Of a stretch of DNA of 64,000 nucleotides, positions 24,819 to 38,639 are shown one piece after another. Numbering within the stretch: position 1 is the first letter of the stretch; each line of letters begins with the position of its first letter. Origin of the DNA: Epiperipatus broadwayi. Taxonomy: Eukaryota > Animalia > Onychophora. The notes beneath the pieces are model-generated. The model did not search any database. It was not told the DNA's origin and saw only the letters and a list, made by a program, of their open reading frames with translations. The DNA lies in assembly GCA_028023455.1 (NCBI GenBank), contig JAQFVV010000009.1:2976001-3040000 (forward strand), written 5' to 3'. A program made the translations under genes and the position numbers.

Positions 24819-26200
24819 CAGTGGTCTTCAACCTTTTCACACCTGAGGACTGGCAAAAATAAGAATAAGATTTCGCTGACCAGCAGAAGTTTACAGATAA
24901 ATTTTCTTAAAGATGTAACCTGCTTATCCTTAGATAAGCATAATTCTTATAACTGACCAAAATAGCATACTAGTTATTGTGTATTGTAATGGTGTTGCTT
25001 ACCTTCACATGTTGAACAATCGTTCTCATTAATGTGCTTGCATTTTATATTTATTATTTCATTGTTAAAATATGCAAGAATAAAATGTTATTCACCTAAA
25101 TGTTGAAAAAGTCAAAGGTTTTGATCTTATTTTATTTTTATTTGGGGGGGGGGGGAGTGGGTTGAAAAATACTTTGTCATCACTAAGACAAAAGATAGAC
25201 ACCAAAGTTATTTTTTGTTTATTTCTATTTTTAAAAAAAGGTAACAGAAATTGGTTTTAAAAATAAAAGTTTTAGTATTTTAGCGATATACAAATAAAGC
25301 CAAAAAAAATATCGCCTTATAGGCCAAAAAAAAGTGGGCGTATTTTTAAACAAAAAAAAAAAAAAGAAAACGAAACTTTAAAAAATCAAAAGTTTTGAAA
25401 AATACTTTGTCATCACTGAGACAAAAGATAGACACCAAAGTTATTTTTTGTTTGTTTCGATTTTTTAAAAAAGGTAACAGAAATTGGTTTTAAAAATAAA
25501 AGTTTTAGTATTTTAGCGATATACAAATAAAGCCAAAAAAAAATATCGCCTTATAGGCTAAAAAAAAGTGGGCGTATTTTTAAGCAAAAAAAAGAAAACG
25601 AAACTTGAAAAAGTCAAAAGTTTTGATCTTACTTTATTTTGAGGTGGTGAGGGTGTATATACTTTGTAAAAGTTTGAGACAGAACTTATTTTTTGGTTTT
25701 TATTTTTAACAAAAGGTAATAAAAATTGATTTCAAAAATAAAGTTAAATCCCAAAAAAAAAAATCGTATAGCCAAAAAAAACAAACACTAAAAATGAAAT
25801 ATTAAAAGAGTAGAAAAAATTTAAGAGATCAAAAAAAGTTACGTTACATTTTATTATTTTAACAATGCTAACAAGCAGCTGTGATTGGCTATCAAAAGAC
25901 AACCGGGGGTTTGTATAATAAAAAACTTTTCTACCCCCCCATAAATGTCTGTGATAAATAAAAAAAAACAAATTAATTTATATATGATTGATTAGATTGT
26001 GTTTTTGTTCTGCTTCTTTTTTTTAAATCGGGTAAAAATGCCACGAAAAAATAAACAAAGATTGTTTATATTAATTAAAAGTTTAAAATCTTATTACTGT
26101 ATTTTGTTATTATAAACTTTTTTCCCAGTCTAGCGCACGGACCTCCAGAAAAGTTCTGCGGCCCTGTGCCGGTCCGCGGCCCAGTGGTTGAAGACCACTG
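24819..26200. mobile_element. Non-autonomous hAT (Charlie-like) DNA transposon, 1382 bp
   Basis: Perfect 15-bp TIRs cagtggtcttcaacc / ggttgaagaccactg. Perfect 8-bp TSD ctatagat (24811-24818 and 26201-26208). Internal ~233-bp tandem duplication (25162-25625). Confidence 0.92.
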
Positions 26201-26313
26201 CTATAGATAGCTTTTATGAAAAACTGTTAATAAATTTAAAGGAAATATATCTGTAACCAAATGAATATACCTTGTTTTATATTGTTCTGAAATATATATG
26301 TTCTCAATTATTT

Positions 26314-27358
26314 AACCACTAAATATCACATGATCACCATTTCTTATGCTTGCTCATAACTGTTATTAAACAGGCAAAATTCTCCATACAGTAGTGCCAT
26401 TCAACACAAGTCAGAGTAATCAATGGATGCCAGAAGGCATGTGCATAAAATCTATATCTAGTAACTATTCTCCTAATATCCTCAGACTAGTTTCTAGCTT
26501 GTGGCTTTCGTCAGTGAGGAGCCTTGGATCTGAGAGCACTGCACTTAGATCTTAGGATCTAATGCAATTCTTCAGCAGCCACTTTTTATCTCTACTTAAC
26601 TACAAAACTATGAGAATAAAATTGAAAACACAATATTTTCAATCCAAGCTCATTAGCTTATTTAGTCATATAAATCTGAACTCAGTTTAGTACTCATACA
26701 TTTCGGTGTCTTTGGTTCTTTAATAACAATATCCACCACTATCCTATTAGGCAGGATTGATATTAAACCACTAAACATCACATGATCACCATTTCTTATG
26801 CTTGCTCGTAACTGGTTTTAAAACAGGCAAAACTCCATACAGTCACTAGATAGGGATTTTATGCATAAGCCTTCTGGCATTCATTGATTACTCTGGCTTC
26901 CACTGAGTCGCACCGCTGTATGGAGAGTTTTGCCTGTTTTAATAAGTTATGAGCAAGCATAAGAAATGGTGATCATGTGATGTTTAGTGGTTTAATACCA
27001 ATCTTGCCTAATAGGACAGTGGTGGTTATGGTTATTAAAGAACCAAAATGTATGGGTACTGAACTGAGTTCAGATCTATATGACTAAATAAGCTAATGAG
27101 CTTGGATTGAAAATATTATTCTGTTTTCAATTTTATTCTCCTAGTTTTGTAGTTAAGTAGAGATAAAAGGTGGCTGCTGAAGAATTGCATTAGATCCTAA
27201 AATCTAGGTGCAGAGCTCTTAGATCTAAGGCTCCTCACTGACGAAGTTGGGGATATTGGATGAGTAGTCACTAGATAGGGATTTTATGCTCAAGCCTTCT
27301 GGCATCCATTGATTACTCTGGCTTGCACTGACTGGCACTACTATATGGAGTTTTGCCT
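26314..27358. mobile_element. Hammerhead-bearing repeat family A: two ~1.2-mer head-to-tail units (~450-bp monomer) joined as a ~1-kb fold-back
   Basis: aaccactaaa(t/c)atcacatgatcacc recurs at 26314 and 26766 (period 452). cactagatagggattttatgc recurs at ~26844 and ~27269 on the opposite strand. The arms are mutually reverse-complementary. Confidence 0.88.
26479..26520 (-). ncRNA. Type I hammerhead ribozyme, family A (best-preserved copy)
   Basis: Minus strand UCCUCA-CUGACGA-A-AGC(CACAA)GCU-A-GAAA-C-UA-GUC^UGAGGA. All core nucleotides present, 6-bp stem I, 3-bp stem II, 2-bp stem III with palindromic ACUAGU. Predicted cut between 26485 and 26484. Confidence 0.85.
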
Positions 27359-30300
27359 TCTCAATTATTTTAGCAAGTTGTAAATAGTGTAAATAAATCT
27401 TGTTGTTTTGAAAATATATTTGGTTATCTGTAGCCTTACTGCTAATCATCATCCATATTATTAATGCTATCAACTTTATTATCTTAAAGTCATTATCAAT
27501 CAATACAGTACATTTTATTACGCATCATCATATCACAATGATTTTAGAAAGCTCTTACATTTAAAGACATTTAGAATTTATGTCTTATTAAACAGAACAC
27601 TGTTGATCTGAAGCCCATGTCTTATTTTAGATAATATTTTAAGGATCTATTGGTTTTGGAATAAGCTGTTTATTTGAACCATAAAATACATCATTCACTG
27701 ATCTTGATCATATTGCCCATAGTTATTTAATATTTACTGAGGCTATAACCTCGATAATATGCGTATAAAATGTGATAGTAGGGACTTCTACAGGTGTTTT
27801 AACCATTGTGCTTGCTTTATTAAGAATTTATTTGTTCTTCATAAAGCTTAAAGTTCATATTACTGTTGGTAGTATTGGGATTGCCAAATATTCTTTATTA
27901 ATTCAATTTGTTTTAACCGCTGTCTTTGTTTGGTATATTTGGGTAGTGGCAAAATCCCTCTCACTGACCCAAATATATCTTGTAAAATAGTAATATTTAA
28001 GTTATTTAAACCCTGAGAAAAGTAAATTACTAATTGATAGTTGTAATTTTGAATTTATGGTAATTTTTATGATCTAAAGTTATTTATTGCACTTTGATTT
28101 GAGTTATGTTTATCTTCACAGTTTAATTGAATTTGTATAAAACTTAAAATAGTTTATTTTAACTTCATGGTTAAATATTCTAGTTTCATCAAACTTAGAA
28201 TCCATACTTTGTTTTATTTTATCTTACTATCATTTAATACAATATTAGTTTATAGTTCAGGATCTCATTCTCCATCATCAACATTGTTCTCAAATTTCAT
28301 CAGGATCTTTCTTTTTTTTTTATTTCTTCATCCTCATTTTATCTTAATTCATTATTATAATTGATTCATCCTTCATTGGGTATTCTAACATCATCTTAAT
28401 CATTCATTATCCTAACACATTTTCTTTCTCTTCTCCTCATTCTTAAGCTCGTTATTTTCATTATTTAATTATTATTTGTTTTCACCATCCATTTAGTTGT
28501 CTACATCCTAATTCATTTAACACCCAATTCATAATTCCAATTCCATATTCATTTCATAAACCTGATTATTAACTATTTATTGGTTTTGCAAATATTAAAT
28601 TTATCTAATAATATTTTGCTTATGGATTTTAAAGCTGGTTTTACCAATGTCGATACTAGAAATTACTATCTTCATAGACACTTTGTGACTTTCTGTAGAT
28701 TTACAGCTAACCTAGTTGGTTTTAAGAAAATAACATTTTTATTTTAATATTATTTTTTTTGTGTGTATATATTCTTATTATACATGTAGAGATAGTTACA
28801 GTATATATATAGAGAGAGTAATAATAAACAATTCAAGGTAAAGAAAGCAAATAATAAAAGCAGAAAAATGATGTATATATGCATAATGATTGTTCACTAT
28901 ATTCAGTTATTGGAATATTTTTATCATTATTACACATTGTGGTAATAAACCTGTTTACATATATATACTTCTCTGAATGTAGTCTGAAATTTATCTTAAG
29001 TACTGTCACTCATACAAATAATTTATTTAAGAAATTTATTAATAAAAAAGTTCACACATACATATATTAAAACATTCGGATGAATGCAATGACAATTATT
29101 TACTAAAGATGAAATATAATTTTGTATATATAAAACTATGATCAATTTTATTAAATGACTTCTGATTAATGATCAAAAGAGTTATCACAAAGATGTAGTT
29201 AGTTGAGATGTTTATCAATTTCTAATATTTTAAAATATTTTAGTTCTATGTTTGTAATCAAAATCTGATTAATACATTATTTATAAAATAAAAGATTATT
29301 GATTATTATGATTAACTTTCTATTATTAATTAGTATGACAATGTATTTTTAAATTGATTATAAGTTTTTAAAAAGCTTTTCATTTTTTTTTTTAGTTTAG
29401 TATAGTGAAGCAAAGTAAAGATTATATTGATTACATCTAATACACAACTGACATTGTAAAATTTGTATAAATTAAGAACTTACTGTATTTTATATAAATC
29501 ACAACACACTGTGATCTTGTAATTAAAAATAAAGTAAAAATCAAAAAAACTCATAGTTACTTCTTTGCAGTTATTATTAACAATATGATCAAACTCATCC
29601 AGATTATATTTAACTGTCCAAATTAAAGAAATATAATATATATCTCCATCTGTCTATCATTAGTCATGAATAATCTCTCTATAAATTATCTTTAATTTTT
29701 TATTATTATTAAAATAATATTGCTACATATCAGTATGAACACAAATTCATTATTCAATTTTATTATAACATGCAATCTTTATATTTATATTCTATTTAAA
29801 TAAAAAAATGCAATATAGTAAAAAATGAAAGAAAATCAAAACACAAAACAATAATTTACAGCTAGTCTATAAGGTGTTTTGTATTTAATAACCAAATCAT
29901 CATATATTTTTTATTGAGATAACAATCTTAAAAAATATGATTAAAATTAGGTAAGTTTATTTTTGAATGTGGTGAAATAAAATGCTTTTGTTATGATTTA
30001 TTTATTTTTTTTAAAAAAAGCTTATAATCTTTTATTTCTTTAAATACCAAAAATATAAATTATTATCACAATTATTGATTTTTCTGCTTTGAACTATATT
30101 AAATGTTATCTTTCCCTCCTACCTTTTGAAATAATTTGCAGACTTACTATTGATAAACTTATCAACATTATTTAAATACAAATAAATGCATAATAGAATA
30201 TATATTCTGTATAATATTTTATTTTTGAAAATAAAATTCAAAACACAAATACAATCAATAAGTAATCTCTATTTATTTTTATTCCCTTTGTTTCTAAATT

Positions 30301-30999
30301 TAATCCATGATTCCTGATATAGAATGTTTTATCATTGTCAATCATTTAGTGTCATCATAAAAGCTAACTATTGCTGCTTTCTTCTGATATTCTTAAAATT
30401 TTGGTAATATTCTGGATCTGTCATGATGTTCCAAAGTTTTAATCTCATCAGAAATGTTTATAAAATCAAATGACTTTTTGTAAATAATAAATCAGGTGAA
30501 AATAGCAACTCATACTACTAATTGGTCATCTAAAGAAAGAAGTTTGCTGTTAACTGAAAGAAGTCCTTTAATTCCTCTCTGAAGCTATTAAAAAAGGACA
30601 AATTTTTTATGCTCACTCCATATATTCTTGTTGCAATTGTTATTATGATGTGATTATTAATATGGTAAATGAACATAACTGATCTGCACTCTGTCACGTA
30701 ACAGCCAATATGACATTTAATAACTGTTATCTCCAAGTTTAAGAGCAAGAAATAGAATGGTATCTTCTCAAGTGTCTGATATTTTTTATATGAGATATTA
30801 TAAAAACAGTTTGAATGTGAATGTGTTTATGAATTACCATTTTTTGTTACATTTGCAATCCTGACATATAAAATAAATGATCACATTCAGGTTAGATAGT
30901 TTAAAGAATATCCAGATTAGAGACTTAGACTAACATTCAATAACAAACTTTTATTTAATTACCTATAATCATAGATTAGTTTAGAGGTTAAAGAAAAGG

Positions 31000-33420
31000 T
31001 AAAAAGACAATTTGAAAAATGGACATATATTTTATTATAAATAAAAAATTGAAGAATAACATTGTGGAGGTTAATGGTATATCATATGAAATGGCAAGAT
31101 TAATTATTCAACTACATAATGCAGATAAATTACATTTATATCCCAACAAGCTCTCATTTTGACAAAGTAAAAGATTTTTATTTAAAGACACAGAATGCTT
31201 TGGTCAAACCAAATATTTTAAAATTATCATAGGATATATTAATATTAGATATAAAAAATAATAGAATGAGATACTGAAATTAAATTTGGATATGAGAGAA
31301 ATAAGTGACAGAAAAAATAGACTTGTAGAATTTGCTGAAAATGAAAATCTAATATATTATGATTTATTTATTTTTTAAATTAAATCAGAAATGGATATGG
31401 AAGCACCTAAATTAAGATACCACATAAGTCAGTTATATTTTGATAAATAGAAAATATGTACTTCAAAACTCTAAGGTACATAACAAAGAAGTTAATATCT
31501 ATTAATGAAATATAAGATATATATATAGAGAGAGATATTAGGATAAAGTTATTAAAAAAAATGGTATTAGTAATTGTAATTCTTAACTTTGAATTTAAGC
31601 TAAAACTTATAAACAATTTTAAAATATGAACAAATGTCAATATCAGCTAAGACTTCAACAAATCAATAAGAAGATAATTGATAATTTACAATAGCTGTTA
31701 CATCATTAGTACGAAAAGTAGTAATTCATTAGTAAATTTCAATTGAAATATGACAATGTATAAACAAATATCTAAAATTTAATAAAACAATATGAAAATA
31801 AGTAATAATTATGTAAGAAAATATACCAGTGAATTGATAAGAAAAGTAATAGAAGTTTTATAACAGAAGTCTCAAAAGATAAATCACAACATTTTGATAT
31901 TGGAAAAAAAAATTGTTTCAGCAATAAGAAAAAAGGGCACTAAATGTAGGAATACAAAGAACTATATATTAATAAAAAATAAGAAAATAAAGTAATTCCT
32001 ACAATTTCAACAACATCCCTTGAAATGCCAAGTATTTTGAATTAAGATGTGAATGAGATCACTCATGCAATTAAATTTATACAGAATGGAAAAACTCCAG
32101 AAATTGGTGGAATTATCAATATCTAAAAAAGAAGCAAGTTAAGAAAAATAAATTGTTGGCAAAACTATATATCAAATGTCTAAATGATTAAAATATATCA
32201 GATACTTCTAAGTATGCAATAATGATATTAATATTTAAATATTTATTTCATTAGCATGTAATCGATAACATATATATGTGCTTTGCGCACAGATAATGAA
32301 ATTTGTAAAAGCAAATAATACTCTGCAGTTTAATGAACTGAGCGCTTTCGGAAGGATTTATGCTTCCATAATCATAATTACTAAAGTGTCAAGAACTATT
32401 CAAAATTAAACCAATCACTTTTCTGTCAGTTCTATAAAAATTCTTTACAGAAATCATTGATAGTTTATTTACAGAAATATTTAATCTCAAACCAGTCAAA
32501 CTAATAAGATGGATCTAAAAATAATTATAGCACAGTATATCACATTCAAGTATTCAGACAAATTATACAAAGGATCAAAGAGTACAGGTTGCATTGTGCT
32601 TTGAATTTGTAAATAATGAAAACACATTTGACTTTATAAGGATTTTTCAGAAATTAAAACTTTGTAATTATCAAAGTATTAACCTGAACATTATCATATT
32701 TTAAAGAACATTAATCAAAAAGTAACAACAAAAGCTTTGTGGACTAAAAGGTAAAGTTAGGGAAATAAAAAATAAATAAGATTAATAAAGTCATGCAGAT
32801 TTTTCAGATGATATGGTTTCTTTTAAAAAAGTTATAAGATGTAAGAAAAAAATTGGAATAAGATAAAGATAAATGCTAGAAAAACTAATGTTTAATAGTT
32901 TTTTACATAAGGAAAAAATAAATATTCATAACATGAATTGGAAAACCAAAATTCAAATACTTTACAAATGGAAATAAAATGAATGAAATTAGTCATAGAA
33001 GTAAAATATATGGAATATTTTTGATAGAAATAACATTTAAAAGGAAATATGCAGAAAAGGAAGTTTTTTATTAGATTTTACAGAAGGGCAATATTAAAAA
33101 ATTCAGACTATATAAAAAATGTTGAACAATGTATGTTGAGATTAATGACAAGAGAATATAAAAGCAAATAATAAACAGGGTATTACTGACATCATTGAAA
33201 GAATTAAGAAACAAGAAATGAAGTTAGAATGGACATATTTCTTGAAGAAATGATAATAGATTGTCCAATGAAGTCTTAATGATTCCTAAAGATTGTAAAA
33301 AAAAACTACACAAAAAAGCAAATGTGAGATAAATGGATAAGGAAATCTGCTGAAGTGATGTGGAGGAAAGAAACAATGAATTGAAGAAATTTAATTAAAT
33401 TATAAAATCAACTGGCAATG
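31000..33420 (+). mobile_element. Old, near full-length RTE-clade LINE relic (AP endonuclease + RT)
   Basis: YIPTSSHFDKVKDF (~31137; cf. YAPT), RLVEFAE, EITHAIKFIQNGKTPEIGGI (~32053; cf. GKAPG.DGI), HCALNFVNNENTFD-like (~32592; cf. FVD.EKAFD), C-terminal GH/RW-like motifs. Riddled with stops. Confidence 0.8.
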
Positions 33421-33882
33421 GATTGATTTGCTAGTCTTTTCTATAACTTTTATTAATACACAGCAGTAACTGTCTGTGCTCATTCATTTTACACTCTACA
33501 AACAATCTGTAATGATTTTAATAAACATTTTATATAGAAATAATTGAAAACTGATAGATCCTTAACTTTCTGTTTCACCTTTAAAAATATCAGTATGATT
33601 ATTGCAATCCTTTAGTTATTTGGTACATTTTTATTATCTAGGCATTTGGTGGATAACTTTTCTTATAATTTTTCTATTTTTTCACTGCTTCATTAAATTA
33701 TCTTGATTACTCCATCTACTCCTATCATCTTCATTTAAAAAATAAGATATTTCAAATAAAAATGTAATTATTGCTTGGGCCAGTTCACAATAACCATTTC
33801 TATTGATAGTAATTGAATTCTTCACAAATATTACTAAATCCATCACTTCCTTTATTTTGCTGTAATATCTTATATAAATCCA

Positions 33883-34107
33883 ATTTATCCATCTTACTTT
33901 GAACACTTTTTAGCAAAAAAATTTTTTTACGGTATATATGTATTTACAATCTTACATTTTGACAGTCCTGCAGTTTTCTTCAGAGCCAGTCCTCAGGAGT
34001 GACTCTGAAAAAGACTGCAGGACTGGTGAAATGTAAGACTGTGTGTACATATACACCATAAAAATTTTTTTTTTTTGCTAAAAAATGTTGAAAGTAAAAT
34101 GGATAAA
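33883..34107. repeat. Fold-back pair with two decayed divergent hammerhead motifs (family C)
   Basis: Long inverted arms around cagtcctcaggagtg. Minus motif GGCU-CUGAAGA-A-AACUG(CAGGA)CUGUC-aAAA-UGUA-AGAUU; plus motif GACU-CUGAAaA-A-GACUG(CAGGA)CUGGU-GAAA-UGUA-AGACU. Same family as 18.8 kb. Confidence 0.75.
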
Positions 34108-35123
34108 GTGGAGTAAGTGAATTTATGAAATAATTTTTCAGTCATAATAACTATTTTAAATCATTAAGTCTTTTATAAATTTCTTCTCATTTCAATTATA
34201 TTTTCTTTTGTGATTATTACAATTCTCACCATAACTATTAATAAAATTCCAGAAATTCAGTTTAAATTATTTCTATATTTCTTCTTTTTTTGTAAAAATG
34301 ATTTACTACTTTTTTTGTTCTTGCTAACATATGTAAAATTAATTATGTAGGTGATATTTATTTGATGAAAATTGGAGGGAAAATAAATTAAGATTTCATT
34401 GTACAACTTTAATTTTTTCCAGCTGAAAATAATAATAATTTTCTCCATTAAAAATTATTTGGAGTTTTTAAGAATTCTTTGTGATTTCATATTAACAATA
34501 TTGTTTTTGTTTTTCTATGATGAAGTATTTTTCATGTTAAATGATATTTCATATTAAAAGGTTTTGCATTAAGTGTATTAATTAATATTTATTTTCATAA
34601 TTGATGAATATTAAAATATCTTTTATACAATTTTCTTTAAAAGTATAACTGCTGTTAATGACAAAATATAAACATTTTAGGAATTCAAATATATTTTCTT
34701 TTTGTCATTTTTGATTCTTTATTCCATTTTAACAATGACTTATTCATCATTTATTTTTGAGTTAAAATATAACTGGCATTAAAATTTCCAATTAAATTTT
34801 AAAATGTGATCATTTTATTATTGGAATTAAATATGAAGATTTTAATAATGGGAATGAAAGTGCAATCCTAAATATATTTTATGAGTATAATAAACATTTC
34901 ATTCAGTTAATCTACCTGAAAATTCTTCTATAGCTTCATTCTTCAAACAGATTAATAAATAAAAAAATCTCATTATATTTTATGCCACTTTACTTTTCAG
35001 TGTCATGTTTTTAATCTTCTTTACAATAAAAATTCTAAATATTCAAATCTTCCACAGTCTTCTTATCTTGAGAAGAATTATATGTAACTAAATTCCAATA
35101 TTTTGATTTAGATGGAAAGTTAC

Positions 35124-35157
35124 ATATTGTACCGATGTAGATATTGTACCGATGTAG
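35124..35157. repeat. 17-bp perfect tandem duplication
   Basis: atattgtaccgatgtag x2. Confidence 0.95.
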
Positions 35158-35599
35158 ATCGTTACATATTTCTAGTAGTTAACGAGAGTGAATTTTATTG
35201 GAAGAAAATTCTAAAAAATGTTATTTTTTTCAATTTCAGAAGATTTTCATGAAAGTTTGAGAAAAGGAAAAGAACAAAAGAAAGGGGAGGAGGAAAGACT
35301 TCGGTAATAAATAAAAATTAAAGAAAAAACGATTAGCGTTGTTAGTTTTAAATTAATAAAATAAATTGTTCGTTTTGTCTTGTAATAGGTAATGTGCGAG
35401 TCTATAAAAAAATTAATTAAAAGAAAGGAATTTTTTTTTTGAAAGCTAATACAATGTAAATAAAAGAAATTAAAATTAAAATCAAAACAATGGAAATAAT
35501 TAACAAACAAAGGAACTAAGACTATTGTTTGTTTGAAATAAAATAACCAATGGCAGGACTAGAACGAAGTTTGAACTCTTAAATAAAAAGAATGAAGAC

Positions 35600-35994
35600 C
35601 CAATAGGATTGAATCAGATTGCTCGAATGATCCTCAGATAAGGAACGCTAGCTATAAAAAGGGAGATTTTTGTATTATTTATTATTCAATTCAATCATTC
35701 AAGGCATTCAGACATTCATAAAATAAAAATCATTAAAAGTTATTAATTATTCAGAATGAACATCCTATCAGCTAGAATGTGCTGCTAAACTCATCGGATT
35801 GTGCGGCCAGTCTGAACCTCTCTGCAATAACATCAGCAGCCCGTTCGAGGAAGAAACCATGTCCATGTAAAACTGGAAAGCATCAGAGTATCTGTGTTAA
35901 AATCCTCAAGTAAATTCCTATATATCCCAACCGGTTGGAATCAGGAGAGCCAGCAGAAGTTACATTGCCTTATTCGCGTGTTCAAATCCTAGGT
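35600..35994 (+). promoter_or_regulatory. Putative Pol II promoter / first exon (possibly a solo LTR), antisense to YAP
   Basis: CCAAT 35600-35604, TATAAAA 35653-35659, Inr-like TTATTC/TCATTC 35682-35700, a GC- and CpG-richer block 35760-35990, donor-like ctag|gtaaac at 35993. Confidence 0.35.
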
Positions 35995-36282
35995 AAACAT
36001 TCATTTTGTCTTCAGATATTAAATATTTCAAGAACTATAATTTAAATTTAACCAAATATAGAACTATTAATATCTACATGCATTAGCTTAGCTTTCGTAA
36101 TAAGACTTTTAAATCAAAGACCTCGTTAGTTATGTGTGTGCATTATATAATTGAATGTGTTTTATTTTATTATTATATGTGTGTAATTTGAACATATTAA
36201 ATGTATACTTTAATATGATGTGTATATGCGTTTATTATAAGGCAAGAATGAGCATTTAAGGGAATCTGGAAATAAATATTTT

Positions 36283-36480
36283 TAATTATTGTTAGGTAAA
36301 ATTGAAAGTAAGGGACGGATTCATGTCATAGAGTTAATCACATAGGTGCATTCTATTGGTCAAATATTTGTGAAATAATTTTTTTTAACTATTGTTAAGT
36401 AAGATTGAAAGTAAGGGAGAGGATTCATGTCATAGAATTAATAGCATATAAGTATTTGATTGGTTAAATATTTATGGGTA
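36283..36480. repeat. Diverged ~110-bp tandem duplication
   Basis: attgtta(g/a)gtaa(a/g)attgaaagtaaggga..ggattcatgtcataga occurs twice. Confidence 0.8.
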
Positions 36481-38639
36481 TTAGATATTCATTGTGTAGG
36501 TGGAGAATTGAGAATAGCTAAAGTCTGATGAGCTAGCTGGGAGGTCAGGTACTAAATTCGTAGCTGGTTGAGCAAGCATGTTGGTTACTCCTGTAATTAA
36601 CTGGTGTCTAAAGGTTTTTTCCTTAAAATAAAGTGTTTGGATGACCAGTGTTATAATTTAGTAGCAGAGAAATAATATTATTGGTAGCTTGCTACCAGTG
36701 ATGCTATTATCTACCTGAAAGATCGACAGCCTTCAAAGATAATACATAGAAACTAAACAAAAGGGATCAAATAAATAAATCTAAAAGTAAACAGATGTTT
36801 CCATCTCTTTGTTGACATATAAAAGAAGGCGGATGATACAATATATATTTATTGTTGGTACATCAATATATGTCTATGCATAATCTCATTTATAAAAGTG
36901 ATTTTGGCATTAACCTAAATGCATGCAATAACATGATTTCATTTATAAAGAATCTTCTATTAAAGTGGTTAATACCCATATCAGTTATGAAGATTCAACC
37001 AGGGCAAACCTTGAAATTCTTTTCAAACCCAAATGGCTATCAATTTTAGTTGGTTAATAAACTTTAACTACTATTAAATAGAAAATAATGATCTCAGGAT
37101 CATCTAGACTGATGATAATGCATGAATTTTTAAACAAAAGTATGCAATATAAAGTAGTGTTCTCTATTGATGGATGAGGGGATATTCTTTAGCAATATTG
37201 AATCTATGATTTTTCTTTAATTACATTTATTTATTTCATTAAATTTATTTAAGACTAGGGGGACACAGCCTCCTGTCATCTTTCCCACTCAACTCTCCAC
37301 AGGTCACTCTGCTCACCTATACCCCTTTGGTGAAAGTTAAAGAAAAATATTTATTTCTAACATTTCTTTCCATACAATATATATATAATGTTTTTGAAAT
37401 TCCAACAGTATTACATTAAAGTTGGATAAAATTAGAAAAGAATAATACTAAGCACATATATGTAGGATTCAAAATTCTCTTGATTTAAAGCACCACATAC
37501 AATCATTTCTTAAGAATATTTGCAAAACGACATGTATTTCTAAGTTCTATTTATGAAAGTAGAAAAGAAAAGAAAAACTGAAAGAATTCAATAGCAAAGA
37601 GTCTATTATCAATGTTTTTAAATTATTATTTTTTAAAGACAAAAAAAAAAAAAAAAGGAAAGATTCAAATATTTTAATTCTCAATTTTCAACTATGATCA
37701 ATATTTAATTTTATAAAAAAAACTATACAATTACTTAAAAAAATTAAATTCTATTTTTCCTGCATTAAATAAGTCTGCAAAATGCAACTTTATTATTTTT
37801 GCTTGTTTTTTCTTTTACATATATTTAAATGGGCCAGAGCAAGTTTATAGCTAAATAATTATTAATATTTTTTTCAGAATATAGTATTTTTTACTACAGA
37901 TGCTCTGTTTCTGTGAAATTTTTAACAATATTTTGTTTTTTAGTCTATTATTAACAGATTACTAATTAATAGATTTATATGTGGGATTTTTAGAAACCTA
38001 TATCATTTGTTTCTATTTTAGTTTCACTTATAATTTTATATATGTGTAGTAGATATATTATTACAAATGTAATTGCAAACATTTTTTTTCCAATTTGATA
38101 TTTTAAGTATTAACTTTTAATGACTATATTTAAGTATTTCAATTGCTTGAAACATTCTTTTTTTTTTTACTTGATTCCATAAATCTGTCAATTTCTAACA
38201 TCTAAAAAAATTATGAGGCCTTTTAAAAAAATTTCAAAACTAGAAATTTTTATTTATAATAGCATGAGTTAGGATTTTCTTAAGTAATATTTTCTTGGAT
38301 ACACACATTTAAAAAACAAAACATTAAATAGTTAATATATGGATTTTTTTTAAAAAAAAACCCCGCACACAATTAGATAATATATTTGTAAACTAAAAAA
38401 TTTAAATGAAGTGAGCATCATATTTCTATTTGTTTATAAAATTTATCCAACCATTCTACTTAACTCATGATTTTTTTTGTTTAAAGAAAAGCCAAAAGTG
38501 AGAAATATTTTAAAATAAGATGAAATAAATTAGCACTAAAGCTTTTTTAATGGGGGGGGGGGGTTAAAAAGATGTGTACAATAACTAGAATGGGGGGGGT
38601 CAATAAATGTTTATACTATTTTTTCCCCCCATGTGTCAT

